Position numbers and translations under genes: made by a program
Notes under the pieces: generated by a model
The model's database searches: none
The model's input: the letters and a program-made list of their open reading frames with translations, nothing else
Told to the model about the DNA's origin: nothing
Source: Candidatus Aenigmatarchaeota archaeon
GTDB taxonomy: Archaea > Aenigmatarchaeota > Aenigmatarchaeia > CG10238-14 > SCSR01
Assembly (NCBI GenBank): GCA_038998335.1
Contig: JAVZHQ010000003.1
Location: 1-21,152 of the forward strand
Length of the DNA: 21,152 nucleotides
Reading direction: 5' to 3'
In this document: positions 16,301 to 21,152 of the stretch, piece by piece
Layout: every line of letters starts with the position of its first letter
How positions within the stretch are numbered: the first letter of the stretch is position 1

Positions 16301-18962
16301 CCATTTTGAGGTTGTTGACAGACTTTTACAAAGATTTAATGGCCAGGTGTGGCAGGAGACTGAACAAAGACTTCGTCCAATATTAACTTTAAATCCCACT
16401 GGTTTTCCTCAAGCTTTAGTAATAAAAGACGTTGATGGTCAAGAGATTGGAAGATATTTTGAAACTAATAAAGAATATGTCTCCTTTGATCAAATTCCAC
16501 AACAAGTAATTGATTTTTTAGTCAATGTTGAAGATAAACGTTTTTTTGATCATCCGGGAATTGATCCTATTGGTATTGCCCGTGGCTTTACCTCTGGTGG
16601 TGAGAGTGGCGGTGGTTCAACCTTAACCCAGCAACTTATCCGTTTATTTTGTTATTCTCAAGAAGAACTTCTGCAAGAAAGACTTAATCCTAATCTTGCT
16701 TATAAAAGAAAAATGGTCGAGATAGTCGCTGCTTTAATTTTTGAAAAAAAATGGGAAGAGTATTATGTTGGACAAGGATATACTGTTGAATCAGCTAAGA
16801 GACTAACAAAACAAAAAATTTTAGAAATCTATCTTAACAATGTTCCTTTTGGTCCTAATGTCTATGGCATTAAAGCCGCCAGTAAGTTTTATTTTAATAA
16901 AGAACCTCAACAATTAACTCCAATGGAAATTGCTTTTTTAATCGGCTTAATCCAAAATCCTGTTGGTTATTATCCTTTTAATCTTTCTCGATATGATCAA
17001 ACATCTAATCAAAATATTACGCTTGGACAAATCACTCCAAATGGTGTTGTTTTAAACGAAGAGCATCCGGCAATAAGAAGATTAAAAAGAGATATTGCTC
17101 CCCTTCTATATCACCAGGGAGTAATCTCTAAAGATGATTTTAATTTTATCTTAAATAATACTATTACTTTACATCCTCAACCCGCATCAACAGAATATCA
17201 ACCTTTATCTAATAAAATAATTAATCAGCTTTTACATTGCTTATCTTTAAATCAAATCTTTAGCGGTCTTGAAATAACTATTACTTTAGACAAAGAAAAA
17301 CAAAAACAAATGGAAGAACTAATAAAACAAAAACTTCAAGAGCAACTTAAAAATAATGCTCAGGAGGGAGCAATTATTATTCTTGATGGTGAAACCGGAG
17401 CAATTTTAGTTGCTGCTGGTGCAACACAAGATCCGCAAAATCCTGAAGCAGTTATTGTTGATAATAATATTCCTTATCAAGAAAACTTTCCTGGTTCTTC
17501 TGTTAAGCCTTTTACATATGCGGCCGGCCTTTCAGAAGGAATTTTACATGAAAATCAAACTCTTACCGGTAATACCTATCGAGGTATTACCAATTCTGGA
17601 GGAGGAAATTATGGACCTGTATTATGGCCACAAGCTCTAGCTTCTTCTTTAAATACTGCTGCTCAACAATTAGCTGATTGGGTAGACGTTTTAAAAATTC
17701 GTTATTATTGGGACCGGTTAAAAATCCGTTTGTCTTCATTTCTACCATTAAGTAGAATTTCTACTAATATCACTTTAGGAACAGAAAGAGTTAGACCGAT
17801 TGATTTAGCCGGCGCTTTTACTGTTTTTACTAACGCTGGACAATTTTCTCCACCAACTCTTATCCAACAAGTTTCTCAAAATGGGCAAGTTGTCTTTAAT
17901 CTTTCTTCTCAAAACTCGGTACCAATCTTTTCTCAACACGTAGCTCAACAAATAGTGCAAGCTTTGGGTAATCCCGAAAATAAAATTTATCCTTCACCTC
18001 AAACGTGGCAATCATTAAGAGATGGCATAGATCATCAGGGAAGAATTTGGTATTTTGCTAAAACTGGTACTGAAAGTAATTCCAAAGGCGCACAAAGAGC
18101 AGTTTGGTGTGTTGGAGGAGTTATTAATCATCAAACTGGTAAAAAATATGTTGTCTTAACCTATCTTGGCACTCAAAATTCTGAAGGAATGACAGAAAAT
18201 GTGTGGGGAAGTAATGTTTTAGCTCCACTTTGGAGACAAATAGCTGGACAATTAATCTTCGAAAATCCAAATGAAACTTCTCAAAAAAAAGAACAGATTC
18301 CAACAGAACAATATGGAGAACAATATAATCTTTTTCGCGAAGATATCCCGCCTGAGCAAAGAATTGAGTTTGCTCAAACACAATATCTTCCTATCCAATG
18401 TTATTCTTATTATCCTTCTAACGAGGAATACCAACAAAATCCTAAAGGAAATATTATTCGTCATCCGGCTACCACTATTCCTCGTGAAATAATTATTCAT
18501 TGGGATGGTCAACTCTGGGATGGAAAAAATCCTCAAATGTTATCAGCACAAACAACGATCAACGGCTTAATAGGAAATGGTCTTTCCTGTCACTTTGTTG
18601 TTTCACCTTACGAAGTAATCCAAACTCTTCCAATGGGTCAACAAAGAGTAACTCGCGGTTTTCATGCTGGTGGCCGTTATATTGATTATAATATAGGTAG
18701 CATCGGTATTGAAACAACTGGCTCTTGCTATGATCAATATCCACCACCCGAACGACAAACTGAGAATCTTGTAAATCTTATTATTAAATTAATGGTCTCT
18801 TATAATATTCCTTTAAGCAAAGTTGTTGGTCATTATGAAAGAACTGATGCTTTTTGGGGTAAACCTGATCCGGGCGAAAAGTATATGCAAGCTTTAAGAA
18901 AAAGATTAAAAGAAGAACTTGAAAAGCAAGGCTTAAATTATCTTATTGATCTCACCCCTTAA
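13344..18962 (+). CDS. Giant 1872-aa class A penicillin-binding protein (GT51 transglycosylase + transpeptidase) with ~950-aa N-terminal extension and C-terminal N-acetylmuramoyl-L-alanine amidase (Amidase_2)
   Basis: GT51 motifs: EDKRFFDHPG (16530), GGSTLTQQ, RKMVE, KQKILEIYLN, YGIKAASKFYF. Transpeptidase motifs: SxxK (SSVK 17496-17507), SxN (SLN 17646-17654), KTG (18060-18068). Amidase motifs: IIIHW (H 18498), SCHFVV, FHAG, SIGIE, VVGHYE (H 18831), KPDPG (D 18867). Confidence 0.93.
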   Translation: MEQDFSITPKTPEQRQAQNNFLSIIPLHLFESARIISGQPEQETTIQKGQELEVLLRTLLAKKLSDPNLSEEEKKQIITEVKIEFSRLVAETRPDILLFAAYNKSVKPSSLETTTSAPKKPADPELTQMLEDLANPETDIQKRQEILEQIKQKALTERWNLFDYYQEVINYHSSKWLTLGYRYPQMLRWICLLPEKSPNRGKIKPIDEMIGYFGINFNSLSEEGRKDYQENLLPEVEDFQRAILQADEEQIKKTRKKLISALKEFYQKHKITQKENPERLVNHFLIKITILSDEELQELAFSERWDLEEFFLEYCQALKSVGRKPPSIPKETDIIYYQDWVKDLLTKEQKRRLRKVGGILGINDIQTLVFQAAFRFITQPETESQINDLNPLSETHLQLNDNSILRYFKTLQEYLIPIEELITDPQHDQELPLVQGLLKKRINDLSHKTISLILALSNFGVVKLSKKERRILSAIPQGIDLSDGFLYQKELGPALEKGERKRRKALMKERKRWFNTLQNILHRLNKQNLPFVILLPEEQTALGEKLQDWQEQWRERVKRFRLMRLFGIPATALVVAGSAAKLSQLPLLQEGSKALNNAAKIAYQQIFEQLEISSPSSFFDKWGFLIKIYKSLKQIEQETGEETLFAIGASYFNEYAERINKERFSQLTLFQESTPPVLTEADFVDKREPPPQTLKDLLTILETEQGREKMIESLTENFYQLASFKFADEDQFSFISQQNLRTRLEQITDQLKVLLNQETDKNKRIDTLNPVSKKQKAVSDWQQLIIEILKYYSPQLSSTISLLQPEIEGPLDNPTKYTDLSHEYACKRQAYYFCEEIFYHIASEEKPSIIIHSQQELEDFSSFFFDKQKFIEWLNNPNNNFENEEERWQFVSWAITLAEKQQIDLDLISRFVELNRFFQGVANEKKLEQMEEVSRSILAAGSILNVANQGLRQKVTRRDFLRMTGVAAVSTGLMLAGIKADQQFQSHFEVVDRLLQRFNGQVWQETEQRLRPILTLNPTGFPQALVIKDVDGQEIGRYFETNKEYVSFDQIPQQVIDFLVNVEDKRFFDHPGIDPIGIARGFTSGGESGGGSTLTQQLIRLFCYSQEELLQERLNPNLAYKRKMVEIVAALIFEKKWEEYYVGQGYTVESAKRLTKQKILEIYLNNVPFGPNVYGIKAASKFYFNKEPQQLTPMEIAFLIGLIQNPVGYYPFNLSRYDQTSNQNITLGQITPNGVVLNEEHPAIRRLKRDIAPLLYHQGVISKDDFNFILNNTITLHPQPASTEYQPLSNKIINQLLHCLSLNQIFSGLEITITLDKEKQKQMEELIKQKLQEQLKNNAQEGAIIILDGETGAILVAAGATQDPQNPEAVIVDNNIPYQENFPGSSVKPFTYAAGLSEGILHENQTLTGNTYRGITNSGGGNYGPVLWPQALASSLNTAAQQLADWVDVLKIRYYWDRLKIRLSSFLPLSRISTNITLGTERVRPIDLAGAFTVFTNAGQFSPPTLIQQVSQNGQVVFNLSSQNSVPIFSQHVAQQIVQALGNPENKIYPSPQTWQSLRDGIDHQGRIWYFAKTGTESNSKGAQRAVWCVGGVINHQTGKKYVVLTYLGTQNSEGMTENVWGSNVLAPLWRQIAGQLIFENPNETSQKKEQIPTEQYGEQYNLFREDIPPEQRIEFAQTQYLPIQCYSYYPSNEEYQQNPKGNIIRHPATTIPREIIIHWDGQLWDGKNPQMLSAQTTINGLIGNGLSCHFVVSPYEVIQTLPMGQQRVTRGFHAGGRYIDYNIGSIGIETTGSCYDQYPPPERQTENLVNLIIKLMVSYNIPLSKVVGHYERTDAFWGKPDPGEKYMQALRKRLKEELEKQGLNYLIDLTP

Positions 18963-19014
18963 TTTAAAAAAAATTTTAATAAATCCATAGAAAAATAGTA
19001 AATAAAAGAAAAAA

Positions 19015-20166
19015 TTATCCCATAAACCCTCTTTTTTCTCCCATTTCACTTTTATATCCCAAATAAGCTAATAACAAAAAAATTCCTATTAAACCCAAAC
19101 CAGTACCAACAACTACTCTTTCTGATTTTTCCTTAAAAATTAGTTTTTTTTCTTCTTGAGTTAAATCACCCTCCATTGCTTCTGCTGCTTTTTGAAAATA
19201 ATCAACCATTGATTGTTTATCACTCTCTTCAATTACTCTTTCTTCAACTAAAGCGGTTAAAAATTTATTAAATTTTTCAATATCAGCTTTGACTAAAATC
19301 TCTCCTTCAGTCTTTTCTCCTTTTTCTGATTCTTTTTGTTCAATAATAATTGCTGATTCTAAACCTTGAGCAAAAGCAGAAGTTAAAGCAGTTAAAGGAT
19401 TTTCTTGAATTGCTTTAATTTCTTCTTCTGTCAACTCAGGTGGTGCTTCGCCTTCCTGAGCGTTAATTTTTTTCACCGCTCTTAATACTTGTTGAGCTAA
19501 AGCTTCTACTTGATTTGGTATTTCTACCTCATTACCGTCTTGGTTCTTAGTTTTAATTTCTCTTCTTTCTTGTTGAAGCTTTTGTTTTTGTTGTTCTAAT
19601 AGAGAGATTTCTTTTTCTATTCTTTCTCTATCTTCAGTGTTTTCAGAAGGGATTGTTTTTAAATATCTTTCACTGACAATAATTTTTTGCGTTATCAAAG
19701 CAATTTCCAAATCGTATCCTAATGCTCGTGTCCGTGGATCACTCCTTTCTTTAAAACTTTCTACTAATTTATCAAGTGGGGTGATTTCTTCTTTCTCTAC
19801 ACCTCTTTGTAATCTACTCCCAATTTTTTCTAAAATCTTTTGGGCAATATCAGGATCTAATTTTTGATCAATAACTAATTTTCTTAATTCTTGTTCTGAA
19901 AATTGAAGAATTGTTTGTGCTTCTTTCGAAAGAGTAGCTTGCATTATTGATAAAATCAATTCTTCTCTTGTTTCGCCGGCTAATCTCTCAAGAGTGGCTC
20001 TGGCAGAATCAGGATCTGTGAAGAATAAAAAAGATTCTACTCCTTGAGAATTATGTTGAGGTGGTTGGGGTGCACTTCCATCTTGACCTCTACTTTCATT
20101 TTCAATTACTACTCCTCCAACGGCAGAAGGAGGGTTTTCGTAAGAAGAAATTCTTCCATCTAACAT
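19015..20166 (-). CDS. 383-aa acidic coiled-coil hypothetical protein with a single C-terminal TM helix
   Basis: E/K/Q-rich helical sequence ending VVVGTGLGLIGIFLLLAYLGY followed by a 12-aa tail; no N-terminal signal. Confidence 0.85.
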   Translation of the reverse strand: MLDGRISSYENPPSAVGGVVIENESRGQDGSAPQPPQHNSQGVESFLFFTDPDSARATLERLAGETREELILSIMQATLSKEAQTILQFSEQELRKLVIDQKLDPDIAQKILEKIGSRLQRGVEKEEITPLDKLVESFKERSDPRTRALGYDLEIALITQKIIVSERYLKTIPSENTEDRERIEKEISLLEQQKQKLQQERREIKTKNQDGNEVEIPNQVEALAQQVLRAVKKINAQEGEAPPELTEEEIKAIQENPLTALTSAFAQGLESAIIIEQKESEKGEKTEGEILVKADIEKFNKFLTALVEERVIEESDKQSMVDYFQKAAEAMEGDLTQEEKKLIFKEKSERVVVGTGLGLIGIFLLLAYLGYKSEMGEKRGFMG

Positions 20167-20258
20167 CTTAAAACAAATTTTAAATTATAAACTTTTAAAT
20201 TTTTATTTTTTAAACTAGTTTGGGCAAAAATAAAATGGTTATAATTTTTTTTAATTCA

Positions 20259-20798
20259 CTAACTAGATATTTTAAACTGTAAAACCTTTTTTACCAACTG
20301 TTGAGCTTGTTCAAATTTTTTTTGTTTTATTAGATCCTGAACTATACTTAAAGCTTTTTTTTCATATTTTTCTTCATATTCTTTCATTATCGCATAAACT
20401 ACCGGAGCAAGTTCCGAATGTTGATCATCAAGTCTTACCGCATTTTGATAAAGTTCCTCAAGAGTCATTCCCGGCCGAATTAAATCTAAAGTGGTTCGTG
20501 CTATCTGCTGAATTTTTTCTTTAGATGCTTTTCCTTTTTCAACTAAGGTTTTAATAATTTTTAATACTTCAACCTCAATGAATTTACGAAACTCTTCGGC
20601 TTTGGTTAAGTCGTAATTTTTTTGACTTTGATTATTATCAAGCTGATTGTTATTTAAACTTTGTCTGTTTAGGATTGATGTCGATGGAAAAGTTTGATTT
20701 GAAGAATGTCTTGATGAGATATCAATCACTGGAGTATTTTTTGGATCATCTGATGCCTGAACTTTTTGTCCTGTTGGAGAAACATAGGTCATTTTCAT
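20259..20798 (-). CDS. 179-aa hypothetical protein (disordered N/S/Q-rich N-terminus, helical C-terminal domain)
   Basis: ORF with host-like codon usage that fills the gap between its neighbours; no recognisable motif. Confidence 0.82.
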   Translation of the reverse strand: MKMTYVSPTGQKVQASDDPKNTPVIDISSRHSSNQTFPSTSILNRQSLNNNQLDNNQSQKNYDLTKAEEFRKFIEVEVLKIIKTLVEKGKASKEKIQQIARTTLDLIRPGMTLEELYQNAVRLDDQHSELAPVVYAIMKEYEEKYEKKALSIVQDLIKQKKFEQAQQLVKKVLQFKISS

Positions 20799-20806
20799 TT
20801 TTTATA

Positions 20807-20815
20807 AGAATAACA
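20807..20815 (-). promoter_or_regulatory. Putative extended -10 (TGtTATTCT), 8 nt before the ATG at 20798
   Basis: Minus strand reads TGTTATTCT-tataaaaa-ATG with no Shine-Dalgarno. Confidence 0.4.
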
Positions 20816-20885
20816 AAAATTATATGAGGAATCAATCTTTCAGTGGTTTATAACTTTGAGGATTAAAATTCGCAAAATAAATTTC

Positions 20886-21152
20886 TTAAAGTGATTTCAA
20901 AAAATTCTTCGTCATCTCCACGATCCATTTTAAATGCAAAATTATATGAATCAAAAGCAAAAATAAAAATAATAGTCCTGCTAACTCATGAATATCACTA
21001 AAACTGTGCCTGGGAATATCTAAAAAACTTCGCCATCCAGCTCTTCTTTCTCCTGAAGGTAAGAAAAAATACAAAACAATTCCTGAAAAAGCTACGATTA
21101 AAAATAAAAATATCATCAAAATATCAATAAAGTAGTTTATTTTGATTTTTTT
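20886..21152 (-). CDS. DUF4405-like small two-TM membrane protein; 5' end beyond the right edge
   Basis: The frame stays open to the edge: KKIKINYFIDILMIFLFLIVAFSGIVLYF...SDIHELAGLLFLFLLLIHIILHLKWI. The D..SG, HxxxG and HxxLHxKW pattern is typical of DUF4405. The TTG start at 21119 in the ORF track is probably not the true start. Confidence 0.82.
   Translation of the reverse strand, partial: KKIKINYFIDILMIFLFLIVAFSGIVLYFFLPSGERRAGWRSFLDIPRHSFSDIHELAGLLFLFLLLIHIILHLKWIVEMTKNFLKSL

Noticed and set aside
959-18962. Alternative genetic code (TGA recoding, as in Gracilibacteria/Absconditabacteria)
   Set aside because: Multi-kb ORFs are intact under the standard code with no in-frame TGA.
18963-19014. 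Intrinsic terminator between convergent genes
   Set aside because: Only a weak all-A/T inverted repeat (ttaaaa...ttttaa); no stable GC stem.
2269-19867. Numerous 60-141-aa ORFs overlapping the large genes (e.g. 5554..5979, 10190..10480, 18124..18381, 19637..19867)
   Set aside because: All are antisense or out-of-frame shadows within well-supported long CDSs. Their L/F/I/S-rich composition is what E/K-rich genes produce in other frames.

Overview
AT-rich bacterial window in the standard genetic code, most consistent with a Patescibacteria/CPR genome (inferred from a DUF5663-like protein, giant charged orphan proteins and no Shine-Dalgarno motifs). About 17.6 kb of the 21 kb encodes three giant modular proteins with no N-terminal signal peptides. 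(1) A 2680-aa protein with a degenerate PP2C-like domain at the N-terminus, a Gly/Ala-rich hydrophobic core, a beta-rich domain, coiled coils and an intact C-terminal PP2C/PPM phosphatase. (2) A divergent 1325-aa coiled-coil protein with a beta-rich module bracketed by identical in-frame 43-bp direct repeats and containing 54-bp tandem repeats. (3) A 1872-aa protein fusing a ~950-aa unknown region, an internal twin-arginine-like motif, a complete class A PBP and a C-terminal Amidase_2 domain. Flanking genes encode an M16 peptidase (partial, missing from the ORF track), a DUF5663-like protein, a tail-anchored coiled-coil protein, a small helical hypothetical protein and a DUF4405-like membrane protein (partial). 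Most genes have a -10 box 6-9 nt before the ATG, suggesting leaderless transcripts. I saw no RNA genes, CRISPR arrays or mobile elements. All domain calls come from motifs recognised by eye, with no database searches.
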